Shown in pieces: positions 36,935 through 46,595 of a stretch of 54,395 bases of DNA. This DNA comes from Burkholderiales bacterium (GTDB lineage: Bacteria; Pseudomonadota; Gammaproteobacteria; Burkholderiales; JAHFRG01): the NCBI GenBank assembly GCA_035319205.1, contig DATHDD010000150.1, positions 1-54,395 of the forward strand. Reading direction: 5' to 3'. Both the position numbers and the translations under genes were made by a program. A model generated the notes under the pieces. It was not told the origin of the DNA, ran no database searches, and saw only the letters and a list, made by a program, of their open reading frames with translations. The first letter of the stretch is position 1. Each line of letters starts with the position of its first letter.

Positions 36935-38599
36935 TCACCGTTCGGCATCGGGTTTTTTCACCACGACATGCCGGAGATCGCGTGCAATAATCTGCATCGG
37001 CAGTCCGTTTTTCTCGAGTTCGGCGTAGGTTTGCTGCTCCATGATGGCCAGAGCACTTCGTTCGACACGCCATGCATGCTCGAAGCTCGGAATATCCGGC
37101 AGCCATAGCCGCGGCTCGTGTTCCAGACCGTAAGCCATCTCGCCCTGGAATGCAACCAGTGTGACGGTACGCTTGATGTAGAAGCACAGCGTCTGATCAT
37201 AGGTGCGAACGCTGAAGAAAGGCGCGTTTTCGGCGAGGTAAGGCTTGATGTCCCGTGCGATGTAATAAGCCGAGTGCGCAGGGGACAGGGCGCCGTGCCC
37301 GGTGATGACCATCTGCGCTGCGAGGAGACCCCCGAAGCCGATGCCGAGCAGTGCCGCTCCCCGATTGCCGAGACGGCAGAAAAAGAGCGCGCAACTTCCG
37401 CCGATCGCCAACGCTGCTCCGGCTGCGGCAATCCAGGGAACATAATCCTGGTACAGCGCCACCGGGACCCGTTCGCTGCCTATGAGGACCACCGTGGGCG
37501 CGAGCGCCAACACGGCGACGCCGGCGAGCAGCACCGGGACCGTGTGCCACATCAGCTGACGCGTCCCCATTTCCGCGAGTATCAACCCGATAAGCAGCGC
37601 AAGTGCGGGAAGAATCGGCAAGATGTAGGACGGCAGCTTGGAACCCGACGCCGAAAAGAAAACGAAGATGAAGATTATCCAGATCAGTAGAAAGCGCGCA
37701 GGCTGGAAAACCTGCTTAGGCTGCGGCATCCGCCACCCCTGCATCAATGCCTGGGGCAAGAGGGTGAGCCACGGTATCAAGCCGGCCGCCAGCATGGGAA
37801 TAAAGTACCACCACGGTCGTACCCGGCCATGACTCTCGGTTAGGAAGCGCTCGAAATGCTCGTGGATGAAAAAGAACTTCGCGAATTCGGGATTCGCATA
37901 CTGGACCAACGCGAACCAGGGCGCGGCAATGACAAGGAAAAGCATGATGCCCATTGTCCACTGCAGGCGACGCAGCACTCCAAAATCGCGCTGCAGCAAG
38001 GCATAGATTGCGATCACCGCCGCCGGCAGCACAATGCCGACCAAACCCTTGCTGAGCACTGCCAGAGCTGCACACGCCCACGCCGCAAGCATCCAGCGTC
38101 GGCTAGTTACAGAACTGATATTTTCGCGTTGCGCCAGGAGAAACGCCAGCGCGGTGCCGGTCATGAAGAAAGTGAGACCCATATCCAGCGTGTTCATGTG
38201 GCCGATGCCGATGTAGCCCGCGCTGCTCGCCAGGACCAGTGCCGCGTACAAACCCGCAGTGGGCCCGAACAGGCTGCTACCGGCAAGTAAAACCAGGGCG
38301 ATCCCCAGAAGGCCAGTGAGCGCGGGCCATAGCCGTGACGTCCACTGGTGCTCGCCGAAGATCTTGTAGGCAGTCGCGGTTGCCCAGTATTGAAGAGGCG
38401 GTTTTTCGAAGTACTTGATGCCGTTCAAGCGCGGCGTGATCCAGTCGCCGGTGACGGCCATTTCCCGGGCAATTTCCGCATAGCGTCCCTCATCAGTCAG
38501 GAACAGCTTGTGATATTCGAGATTGCTGAACCAAATTGCGATGAAAGCTGCGGCAAGCAGTATCAGCACGTAACGCCTGGGATGAAGCTGATTTGGCAC
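36935..38599 (-). CDS. arnT: 4-amino-4-deoxy-L-arabinose (L-Ara4N) transferase ArnT (GT39/GT83-type)
   Basis: The TDEGRYAEIAREM..TGDW motif near the N-terminus and many TM helices over 554 aa. The start is a GTG and is uncertain. Confidence 0.88.
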   Translation of the reverse strand: MPNQLHPRRYVLILLAAAFIAIWFSNLEYHKLFLTDEGRYAEIAREMAVTGDWITPRLNGIKYFEKPPLQYWATATAYKIFGEHQWTSRLWPALTGLLGIALVLLAGSSLFGPTAGLYAALVLASSAGYIGIGHMNTLDMGLTFFMTGTALAFLLAQRENISSVTSRRWMLAAWACAALAVLSKGLVGIVLPAAVIAIYALLQRDFGVLRRLQWTMGIMLFLVIAAPWFALVQYANPEFAKFFFIHEHFERFLTESHGRVRPWWYFIPMLAAGLIPWLTLLPQALMQGWRMPQPKQVFQPARFLLIWIIFIFVFFSASGSKLPSYILPILPALALLIGLILAEMGTRQLMWHTVPVLLAGVAVLALAPTVVLIGSERVPVALYQDYVPWIAAAGAALAIGGSCALFFCRLGNRGAALLGIGFGGLLAAQMVITGHGALSPAHSAYYIARDIKPYLAENAPFFSVRTYDQTLCFYIKRTVTLVAFQGEMAYGLEHEPRLWLPDIPSFEHAWRVERSALAIMEQQTYAELEKNGLPMQIIARDLRHVVVKKPDAER

Positions 38600-38628
38600 G
38601 AAAACCGTGAAGCGAATGCCGGCGCGAC

Positions 38629-39834
38629 TCAGCGTTTATCGATCGGAACGAACGTGCGCGGCTCGGGGCCTGTATAGATCGCAGTCGGCCGGATGATCTT
38701 GTTGTCGATGCGCTGCTCGATGACGTGGGCGGCCCAGCCGCTGGTGCGGGAAATCACGAAAAGCGGCGTGAACATCTCTGTAGGCACGCCCATCATGTGA
38801 TAACCGACTGCTGAAAACCAGTCCAGATTAGCAAACATCTTCTTCTCGTTCCACATCACCGTTTCGATACGCTCGGCTATATTAAAAAGATTCATGTCGC
38901 CCGCATTTTTCGATAAGCGGCGCGCGACTTCTTTGATGATCTTATTGCGAGGGTCGCTGATAGTATAAACCGGATGGCCGAATCCGATAATGATTTCTTT
39001 GTTGGCAATACGCCGCTTGATGTCGGTTTCCGCAAGATCGGGATTTTTGTAGCGGCTTTGGATTTTAAACGCTGCTTCATTGGCGCCGCCATGCTTGGGG
39101 CCTCTCAGCGCGCCGATTGCGCCGGTAATGGCTGAATACAGATCTGATCCGGTACCCGCAATTACCCGTGCGGCAAACGTTGAAGCGTTAAATTCGTGTT
39201 CAGCATAGAGGATGAGAGAAGTCTGCATTGCCCGTTCGTGCAGAGCCGGCGGTTTTTTGCCGTGCAATAGATGCAGAAAGTGCCCTGCAATCGTATCATC
39301 GTCAGTCGTAACTTCAATGCGCCGACCGGAATGAGAATAGTGGTACCAGTAGAGAAGCATCGATCCAAAACAAGCTAACAAGCGATCGGCGATATTACGC
39401 GCGCTACCGGAATTGCGGTCTTCATCCTCCGGCATGGTAGTTCCCAGTACCGAGCAGGCGGTGCGCAGCACATCCATCGGATGTGCGGAAGCCGGCATGC
39501 ATTCCAGCACCTTTTTCAAATTGGACGGCAGTTCACGCAACGAACTCAATTTCTTTTTATAGACGACCAGCTCGGCCTGTGTCGGCAGTTTTTCATGCAC
39601 CAGCAAATAAGCGATTTCCTCGAAGGTCGCCTGCTCGGCGAAATCAAGAATGTCATAGCCGCGGTAATGCAAATCGTTGCCGGTGCGTCCGACGGTGCAA
39701 ATAGCGGTATTGCCTGCGGCCACGCCGGACAGTGCGACTGATTTCTTTTTCTTCACATCAGACACTCGCTCTTCATGTTTGCTATCCTTTTCGGATTTGA
39801 ACGGCGCGAGAGACAGCTGGAAGCTATCAGGCAA
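38629..39834 (-). CDS. prpC: 2-methylcitrate synthase PrpC (citrate synthase family)
   Basis: [35 protein letters not shown] closely matches E. coli PrpC as I recall it. The track start is a TTG overlapping the mdh end, so the true start is uncertain (in-frame GTGs at 39765 and 39756). Confidence 0.9.
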   Translation of the reverse strand: MPDSFQLSLAPFKSEKDSKHEERVSDVKKKKSVALSGVAAGNTAICTVGRTGNDLHYRGYDILDFAEQATFEEIAYLLVHEKLPTQAELVVYKKKLSSLRELPSNLKKVLECMPASAHPMDVLRTACSVLGTTMPEDEDRNSGSARNIADRLLACFGSMLLYWYHYSHSGRRIEVTTDDDTIAGHFLHLLHGKKPPALHERAMQTSLILYAEHEFNASTFAARVIAGTGSDLYSAITGAIGALRGPKHGGANEAAFKIQSRYKNPDLAETDIKRRIANKEIIIGFGHPVYTISDPRNKIIKEVARRLSKNAGDMNLFNIAERIETVMWNEKKMFANLDWFSAVGYHMMGVPTEMFTPLFVISRTSGWAAHVIEQRIDNKIIRPTAIYTGPEPRTFVPIDKR

Positions 39835-40807
39835 ACAAATGCTTTATTGCATCGCTCTCTTCCTGGAGCTCCTTGAGTGTGGCGTTCATCTTTTCGCGGG
39901 AGAAAGGGTCAATTTCCAGCCCTTTAACGATCTGGTATTTGCCATCAGCACAGGTTACCGGGAAGCCGTAGATGATACCTTCCGGAATGCCGTAGCTGCC
40001 GTCAGAAGCGATACCCATGGTTACCCATTTGCCATGGGTGCCTAACATCCAATCGTGTACATGGGCAATGGCGGCATTTGCGGCGGATGCCGCGGAAGAC
40101 AGGCCGCGCGCCTCTATTACGGCGGCGCCGCGCTTGGCTACGGTTGGAATAAAGATTTCGCGGTTCCATTTCTCGTCGTTGATCATGGCTTTCACGCTTT
40201 GGCCGTTGATGGCGGCGAAACGGTAATCAGGATACATGGTCGTAGAATGGTTGCCCCACACCACCAGTTTTTCTACCGCATCCACCGGTTTGCCGGTCTT
40301 GGCTGCGAGCTGGGACAGAGCCCGGTTATGATCCAGGCGCAGCATGGCAGTAAAACACTGATGCGGCAGATCCGGCGCGCTCTTCATAGCTATGTAGGAA
40401 TTAGTATTGGCGGGGTTGCCCACCACCAGCACTTTCACATTGCGCTTCGCCGTTTCATTGAGCGCTTTCCCTTGCACGGTGAATATTGCGCCATTCGCTT
40501 CCAGCAGGTCTTTTCTTTCCATCCCCTTGGTGCGGGGGCGGGCGCCGACCAGAAGCGCCACATCGGCATCCTTGAAGGCAATGTTAGGGTCATCGGTGGC
40601 GACGATCCCGTGCAACAGTGGGAACGCGCAATCTTCCAGCTCCATCACCACGCCTTTGAGTGCCTGCTGCGCTTGCGCAATTTCCAGTAATTGGAAGATG
40701 ACCGGCTGGTCGTGGCCCAGCATTTCGCCGCTGGAGATTCGAAACAGCAGGCTGTAGCCGATTTGTCCGGCAGCGCCGGTTACTGCAACTCGTATGGGTT
40801 TTTTCAT
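39827..40807 (-). CDS. mdh: Malate dehydrogenase
   Basis: [38 protein letters not shown]. Confidence 0.96.
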   Translation of the reverse strand: MKKPIRVAVTGAAGQIGYSLLFRISSGEMLGHDQPVIFQLLEIAQAQQALKGVVMELEDCAFPLLHGIVATDDPNIAFKDADVALLVGARPRTKGMERKDLLEANGAIFTVQGKALNETAKRNVKVLVVGNPANTNSYIAMKSAPDLPHQCFTAMLRLDHNRALSQLAAKTGKPVDAVEKLVVWGNHSTTMYPDYRFAAINGQSVKAMINDEKWNREIFIPTVAKRGAAVIEARGLSSAASAANAAIAHVHDWMLGTHGKWVTMGIASDGSYGIPEGIIYGFPVTCADGKYQIVKGLEIDPFSREKMNATLKELQEESDAIKHLFA

Positions 40808-40961
40808 TTAAGCTCCAGGGATCAAAGAATTGCAAATTCCAAATGCAGGCTGATTAAGGCAGGATTTCGGCTGTTTTCCGTGCTGCGGGCAGGCCTTGGC
40901 AAGACAATCCGAATCTCTGGCATGGTAAAAAAATATTCCGGTAGCTGTCAATTAATACTTA

Positions 40962-40977
40962 TATCTTATAAAAGATA
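40962..40977. promoter_or_regulatory. Inverted repeat TATCTT-N4-AAGATA in the mdh/gntR divergent promoter region
   Basis: Perfect 6-bp arms lying 45 nt upstream of the GntR-family gene start. Confidence 0.3.
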
Positions 40978-41022
40978 CATAACATCATGGACGAAACCTT
41001 GCATTTATGCTAAAAAAAGCCG

Positions 41023-41757
41023 ATGAATAACGCCAATTTATCTCCGGCTTTCCACCCCCTCTACCAGCAGATCAAGATCTTGATTACGCAAAGCCTGATT
41101 TCCGGTGAATGGCGTCCTGGCGAAGCCATTCCAAGCGAAATCGAGCTAGCTTCGCGCTACCATGTGAGCCAGGGCACGGTGCGCAAGGCGATTACCGAGC
41201 TGGCAGATGAAAACCTGCTGATCCGTCATCAGGGCAAGGGGACATTTGTTGCTTCACACACCGAGGAACGGCGCCAACTTCATTTTGTGCGAATCACTTC
41301 GGATAAAGGCGGAGTGATCTACCCTGAAGGCAAACTTCTGGAGTGTCGGCGCGGCAAGGCGGACAGCGCCATAGCGAAACTACTTGAAATAAACACCGGA
41401 GCTTCGTTGGTGGTGATAAAACGCTTGCTCAATGTTTCTGCCAGACCATTGCTGCTTGAGGAGATCCGCCTTGCTGCAGCAATGTTCAAGGGACTCAATG
41501 CCGATGTCATCAACCGGCACGAATGCAAAATGTACAGTATGTTCGAGTCTGAATTCGGCATCCGCATTACTCAGGTTGTGGAACAAATTAAGGCTGTTGC
41601 CGCCCATAGCGAAGCAGTAAAGCTGCTGAAGCTCAACATGGGTACACCGCTACTTTGCATCGAGCGGGTGGCTTATACCTATGGTGATAAACCGGTAGAG
41701 TGGCGTAAAAGCCTGTGCAACAGCAAAGAGCACTATTACATGAACAAAATAGTGTAA
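41023..41757 (+). CDS. GntR family (HutC subfamily, UTRA domain) transcriptional regulator
   Basis: The winged HTH is present (PSEIELASRYHVSQGTVRKAITELADENLLIRHQGKGTFV). The C-terminal half looks UTRA-like. Confidence 0.88.
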   Translation: MNNANLSPAFHPLYQQIKILITQSLISGEWRPGEAIPSEIELASRYHVSQGTVRKAITELADENLLIRHQGKGTFVASHTEERRQLHFVRITSDKGGVIYPEGKLLECRRGKADSAIAKLLEINTGASLVVIKRLLNVSARPLLLEEIRLAAAMFKGLNADVINRHECKMYSMFESEFGIRITQVVEQIKAVAAHSEAVKLLKLNMGTPLLCIERVAYTYGDKPVEWRKSLCNSKEHYYMNKIV

Positions 41758-41777
41758 CCTATTGTTTAAATATAAAT

Positions 41778-42155
41778 ATGAATGAGAAAAAAAAGCCTAA
41801 GCATCTTGATTTGCTGAAAATCCGGCTGCCCCTGCCAGGCTGGGTCTCCATCCTGCATCGCATCAGCGGAGCGATGCTGTTTTTATTCATTCCTTTTTTG
41901 TTGTGGCTGCTACAAGCGAGCCTCGGTTCTGCTGAAACCTATGCTGGATTCAAGTCGGCTTTAGCCAGCCCGCTGGTGAAGCTAGTTTTGTTCGGGCTGG
42001 TGTGGGCTTTTTTGCATCACTTTTTTGCTGGCATTCGTTATTTGGCGCTGGACATGCATCTGGGCATTGAGCTCGGACCGGCACGCGTGATCGGCACAGT
42101 GGTGCTGGTGGCAAGCTTTGTGTTGACGCTTTTGATCGGGGTGCGGCTGTGGTAA
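41778..42155 (+). CDS. sdhC: Succinate dehydrogenase cytochrome b556 subunit SdhC
   Basis: Internal ATG at 41778. HRISGA heme-ligand region and three TM helices. First gene of the sdh operon. Confidence 0.9.
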   Translation: MNEKKKPKHLDLLKIRLPLPGWVSILHRISGAMLFLFIPFLLWLLQASLGSAETYAGFKSALASPLVKLVLFGLVWAFLHHFFAGIRYLALDMHLGIELGPARVIGTVVLVASFVLTLLIGVRLW

Positions 42156-42496
42156 AGCATATCCGGGTTGCTGCGCATTACGGCCTGCGCGATTGGCTGG
42201 TGCAAAGGTTGAGTGCAGTGGTAATGGTGATATATACCTTGCTCGTGATAGCAATTCTTCTTTTCCAGTCCCCACTGCAATACGCCGAATGGAAGGCGCT
42301 GTTTAGTCACCAATGGATGCGTTTCGCAAGCCTGTTGTTCCTGTTAAGTCTGTTTATCCATGCATGGATCGGCATGCATGACATCCTGATGGATTATGTT
42401 CATGCGACCGGTATCAGACTTGGCTTGCAGGTTGCAGTAATTGTTGCGCTTGTAGTTTACAGCGCGTGGTCAATTCAGATTTTGTGGGGCGCTTAA
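42149..42496 (+). CDS. sdhD: Succinate dehydrogenase membrane anchor subunit SdhD
   Basis: 115 aa with three TM helices. The GTG start overlaps the sdhC end. Confidence 0.88.
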   Translation: MVKHIRVAAHYGLRDWLVQRLSAVVMVIYTLLVIAILLFQSPLQYAEWKALFSHQWMRFASLLFLLSLFIHAWIGMHDILMDYVHATGIRLGLQVAVIVALVVYSAWSIQILWGA

Positions 42497-44260
42497 ATGG
42501 CGCTGACAAAAAGAACATTTGATGCGGTAATTGTCGGTGGTGGTGGTTCAGGACTGCGCGCCGCGTTGCAGCTTTCCGAAGCCGGGCTAAAATGCGCTGT
42601 GCTGTCAAAAGTTTTCCCAACCCGTTCGCACACGGTAGCTGCGCAAGGTGGTATCGGCGCATCGCTGGGCAACATGGGCGAGGATAACTGGTTGTGGCAC
42701 ATGTATGACACAGTCAAAGGCTCGGATTATCTGGGCGATCAGGATGCCATCGAATTCATGTGCCGCATGGCGCCTCAAGTAGTTTACGAGCTCGAACATT
42801 TCGGCATGCCGTTTGACCGCAATGAAGACGGTACCATTTACCAGCGTCCATTCGGGGGACATTCGCAAAATTTTGGCGAGCGGCCGGTGCAAAGAAGTTG
42901 CTGCGCAGCTGATCGCACCGGACACGCCATGCTGCACACGCTCTATCAGCGCAATGTGAGAGCGCAAACTCAGTTTTTTGTGGAGTGGATGGCTCTGGAC
43001 CTAATCATGGACCAGGAAGGGCATGTGCTTGGCGTTACTGCTTTGGAAATGGAAACCGGGGAAGTGATCATCTTCCAAGCGCGCGCAACGTTATTTGCCA
43101 CAGGCGGGGCCGGCCGCGTTTATGCGGCCAGCACCAACGCTTTCATCAATACCGGGGACGGCTTGGGCATGGCTGCGCGCGCCGGTATTCCGCTGGAAGA
43201 TATGGAGTTCTGGCAATTTCATCCCACCGGCGTGGCCGGCGCCGGCGTTTTGATTACTGAAGGCGTGCGCGGCGAGGGCGGTTATTTACTTAACAAAAAC
43301 GGCGAGCGTTTCATGGAACACTATGCTCCCACAATGAAAGACCTGGCGTCACGCGATGTAGTCGCGCGCGCCGTGGCGACTGAAATCAAGGAAGGCCGCG
43401 GCGCAGGCAAGGATGGTGATTACATTCTGCTGAAACTTGATCATCTCGGTCCAGAAGTGATTGAAAAACGCCTGCCGGGAATACGCGAGATCGCCAAGAA
43501 ATTCGCCAACGTTGATCCGGTGAAAGACCCGATACCGGTGGTTCCAACCTGCCATTACCAGATGGGAGGTATTCCCACCAATTATCACGGCCAAGTAGTG
43601 GTGCCGAAAGGAGGGAATCCCGAAACGCCAGTGCCGGGGTTTTATGCCGCTGGCGAATGCGCCTGCTGCTCGATCCACGGAGCAAACCGACTCGGCACCA
43701 ATTCGCTTACCGATTTACTGGTGTTCGGCAGGGCCGCGGGTGATCACATGGTGCAATACCTAAAAGAAAATACCGACCACAAGAACCTGCCCAAAAACGC
43801 GGGAGAATTTACACTTGCGCGCCTGGCTCGGTTGGAAAACCAGAAAAACGGCGAGAACGTTTACAAAGTCGCCACAGATATGCGCAAGACTATGCAGGCG
43901 CATTGTGGCGTGTTTCGCTTTCCTGAGCTACTGGAAGATGGCGTGAAGAAAATCAGGGAAATCGCGGAACGGGCTAAACGCACCGAAATCAAGGACAAGA
44001 GCAAGGTGTTTAATACCGCTCGTATAGAAGCGCTGGAATTGGACAATCTCATCGAGGTGGCCGTAGCAACGCTGGTTTCGGCGGAAGCGCGCAAGGAATC
44101 ACGAGGCGCGCATGACCGCGCCGATTATCATAAGCGCGACGATGCCAACTGGATGAAGCACACCTTGTATTACAATGCAGACAATCGTATTAGTTATAAG
44201 CCGGTTCATCTGAAACCGCTTTCAGTCGAATCCTTTGAACCCAAGGCACGTGTCTACTAG
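42497..44260 (+). CDS. sdhA: Succinate dehydrogenase flavoprotein subunit SdhA
   Basis: [38 protein letters not shown]. Confidence 0.97.
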   Translation: MALTKRTFDAVIVGGGGSGLRAALQLSEAGLKCAVLSKVFPTRSHTVAAQGGIGASLGNMGEDNWLWHMYDTVKGSDYLGDQDAIEFMCRMAPQVVYELEHFGMPFDRNEDGTIYQRPFGGHSQNFGERPVQRSCCAADRTGHAMLHTLYQRNVRAQTQFFVEWMALDLIMDQEGHVLGVTALEMETGEVIIFQARATLFATGGAGRVYAASTNAFINTGDGLGMAARAGIPLEDMEFWQFHPTGVAGAGVLITEGVRGEGGYLLNKNGERFMEHYAPTMKDLASRDVVARAVATEIKEGRGAGKDGDYILLKLDHLGPEVIEKRLPGIREIAKKFANVDPVKDPIPVVPTCHYQMGGIPTNYHGQVVVPKGGNPETPVPGFYAAGECACCSIHGANRLGTNSLTDLLVFGRAAGDHMVQYLKENTDHKNLPKNAGEFTLARLARLENQKNGENVYKVATDMRKTMQAHCGVFRFPELLEDGVKKIREIAERAKRTEIKDKSKVFNTARIEALELDNLIEVAVATLVSAEARKESRGAHDRADYHKRDDANWMKHTLYYNADNRISYKPVHLKPLSVESFEPKARVY

Positions 44261-44272
44261 GTAGGAGCCAGC

Positions 44273-44968
44273 ATGCGTTTTTCAATCTACCGCTATGACC
44301 CCGAAAAGGACGCCAAGCCCTACATGCAGGACTATGACATCCAGCTTGAGCCGACTGATTGCATGCTGCTTGATGCGCTGGTTTGCATCAAAGCCCAGGA
44401 CGATTCACTGAGCTTGCGCCGTTCCTGCCGTGAAGGTGTATGCGGCTCGGACGCCATGAACATCAACGGCAAAAACGGGCTTGCCTGCATCACCAAACTT
44501 GCTGACTTAAAACAGCCCGTGGTATTGCGACCGTTGCCGGGACTGCCGGTGATCCGAGACCTGATTGTGGATATGGCGCAGTTCTTCAAGCAATACCATT
44601 CAATCAAGCCATACCTCATTAATCATGAACCGGCGCCCGAGAAAGAGCGCCTGCAGTCACCCGAGGAGCGTGAGTCATTGAACGGGCTTTATGAGTGCAT
44701 TCTTTGCGCCTGCTGCTCCACCTCCTGTCCCTCGTTCTGGTGGAATCCTGACAAGTTTGTTGGGCCGGCAGGGTTGTTGCAGGCATACCGTTTCATCGCC
44801 GACAGCCGCGACCATGCAACTAGTGAGAGACTGGATGATCTCAAAGATCCGTATCGGCTGTTTCGCTGTCATACCATCATGAATTGCGTGGATGCGTGCC
44901 CGAAAGGGCTGAACCCGACCCGGGCGATTGGTAAAATTAAAGAACTGATGGTCAAACGAACGGTATGA
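44273..44968 (+). CDS. sdhB: Succinate dehydrogenase iron-sulfur subunit SdhB
   Basis: The three Cys clusters are present (CREGVCGSDAM, CILCACCSTSCP, CHTIMNCVDACP). Confidence 0.97.
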   Translation: MRFSIYRYDPEKDAKPYMQDYDIQLEPTDCMLLDALVCIKAQDDSLSLRRSCREGVCGSDAMNINGKNGLACITKLADLKQPVVLRPLPGLPVIRDLIVDMAQFFKQYHSIKPYLINHEPAPEKERLQSPEERESLNGLYECILCACCSTSCPSFWWNPDKFVGPAGLLQAYRFIADSRDHATSERLDDLKDPYRLFRCHTIMNCVDACPKGLNPTRAIGKIKELMVKRTV

Positions 44969-45198
44969 CAGAGATGAATAGATTGCGCTGGAATTGCCGG
45001 CGCGGCATGTTGGAACTGGACCTGGTTTTGACGGGTTTTCTGGACAAGCATTACCCTAAGCTCACAAGGTTGCAGGTCAAAGTGTTCAAGGAATTACTCG
45101 ATTATCCCGACACCGATTTATGGGACATGATCATGGCTAGGATTGAGCCCGCTGACTACACCATGAAAACCGTGCTGCGACTTATTCGTGCCAGCTGA
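44965..45198 (+). CDS. sdhE: FAD assembly factor SdhE (YgfY/DUF339)
   Basis: 77 aa with the RGMLELD motif. The start overlaps the sdhB stop (ATGA). Confidence 0.88.
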   Translation: MTEMNRLRWNCRRGMLELDLVLTGFLDKHYPKLTRLQVKVFKELLDYPDTDLWDMIMARIEPADYTMKTVLRLIRAS

Positions 45199-45257
45199 TA
45201 GCGCTTGATTAGCATAATATGACGACAACAGGTTCGATTTAAATAAGATTCGCGGAG

Positions 45258-46568
45258 ATGCCCATGGAAAAACAGCGTAAAGTGATTCTTTCCTTCAGCG
45301 ATAAAGGCAGGGAGTCTGTAGAATTCCCGATTCTATCGGGCACTGCAGGTCCTGATGTCATCGACATCCGCTCACTTCACGGCAAGACCGGCATGTTTAC
45401 CTATGATCCGGGCTATCTGTCCACAGCCAGCTGCACATCGCAAATTACCTATATTGATGGCGAAACAGGAGTGCTGCTGTACCGCGGTTATCCGATTGAG
45501 CAGCTCGCTACGCAATGCGATTTCCTGGAAGTGTGTTATTTGCTGCTCAACGGAGAGCTGCCTAACGCAGCGCAAAAAACCAAGTTCGACGATACGATCA
45601 AAAGACACAGCATGGTGCACGACCAGCTGGCGAGCTTCTTTAAGGGTTTCCGCCGCGACGCGCACCCGATGGCAGTTATGGTCGGCGTAGTGGGCGCACT
45701 ATCGGCGTTTTATCACGAGGCGATGGACATCAGCGATGCGTCGCACCGCGAGGTTTCAGCGTACCGACTGATCGCTAAAGTACCGACGATAGTGGCCATG
45801 TGCTACAAATACAATATTGGCCAGCCTTTCATGTATCCTCGCAATGCGCTCAACTACGTGGAGAATTTCTTCCACATGATGTTTGCCACGCCTGCCGGCG
45901 ATTACAAGCTGAACCCGGTATTGGTGCGAGCGCTGGATCGAATTCTGATACTGCATGCCGACCATGAACAAAATGCTTCCACCTCCACAGTGCGCTTGGC
46001 CGGCTCCAGCGGGGCCAATCCATTTGCCTGCCTTTCCGCGGGGATTGCCTGCCTATGGGGTCCGGCACACGGCGGCGCCAATGAGGCGTGCCTCAATATG
46101 CTGGGACAGATCGGCGATGTATCGCGCATTGGCGAATACATCAAGCGCGCCAAGGATAAGGACGACCCGTTCAGGCTGATGGGCTTCGGCCACCGCGTGT
46201 ACAAAAACTACGATCCTCGCGCCAAGCTCATGCGCGAAACCTGCCATGAAGTTCTGAACGAGCTTGGGCTGCAAAATGACCGGCTGTTCAAAATTGCGCT
46301 GGCTCTTGAAAAAGTCGCATTGGAGGACGAATATTTCACCAGCAGGAAACTTTATCCAAATGTTGATTTCTATTCAGGTATCGTGCAACGGGCCTTGGGC
46401 ATTCCCATCAGCATGTTTACGGCGATTTTCGCGCTGGCGCGCACCGTGGGCTGGATTGCGCAGTGGAATGAAATGATCAGCGATCCGGAATACAGGATCG
46501 GACGGCCGCGGCAACTTTATAACGGTGCAGTGAAGCGGAATGTCGTGCCACTGACCCAACGTAATTAA
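45258..46568 (+). CDS. gltA: Citrate synthase (type II, hexameric GltA type)
   Basis: [28 protein letters not shown]. By SD spacing the true start may be the second ATG at 45264. Confidence 0.96.
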   Translation: MPMEKQRKVILSFSDKGRESVEFPILSGTAGPDVIDIRSLHGKTGMFTYDPGYLSTASCTSQITYIDGETGVLLYRGYPIEQLATQCDFLEVCYLLLNGELPNAAQKTKFDDTIKRHSMVHDQLASFFKGFRRDAHPMAVMVGVVGALSAFYHEAMDISDASHREVSAYRLIAKVPTIVAMCYKYNIGQPFMYPRNALNYVENFFHMMFATPAGDYKLNPVLVRALDRILILHADHEQNASTSTVRLAGSSGANPFACLSAGIACLWGPAHGGANEACLNMLGQIGDVSRIGEYIKRAKDKDDPFRLMGFGHRVYKNYDPRAKLMRETCHEVLNELGLQNDRLFKIALALEKVALEDEYFTSRKLYPNVDFYSGIVQRALGIPISMFTAIFALARTVGWIAQWNEMISDPEYRIGRPRQLYNGAVKRNVVPLTQRN

Positions 46569-46595
46569 GGGACCTCGGTTCCAAGGAGATTCATC

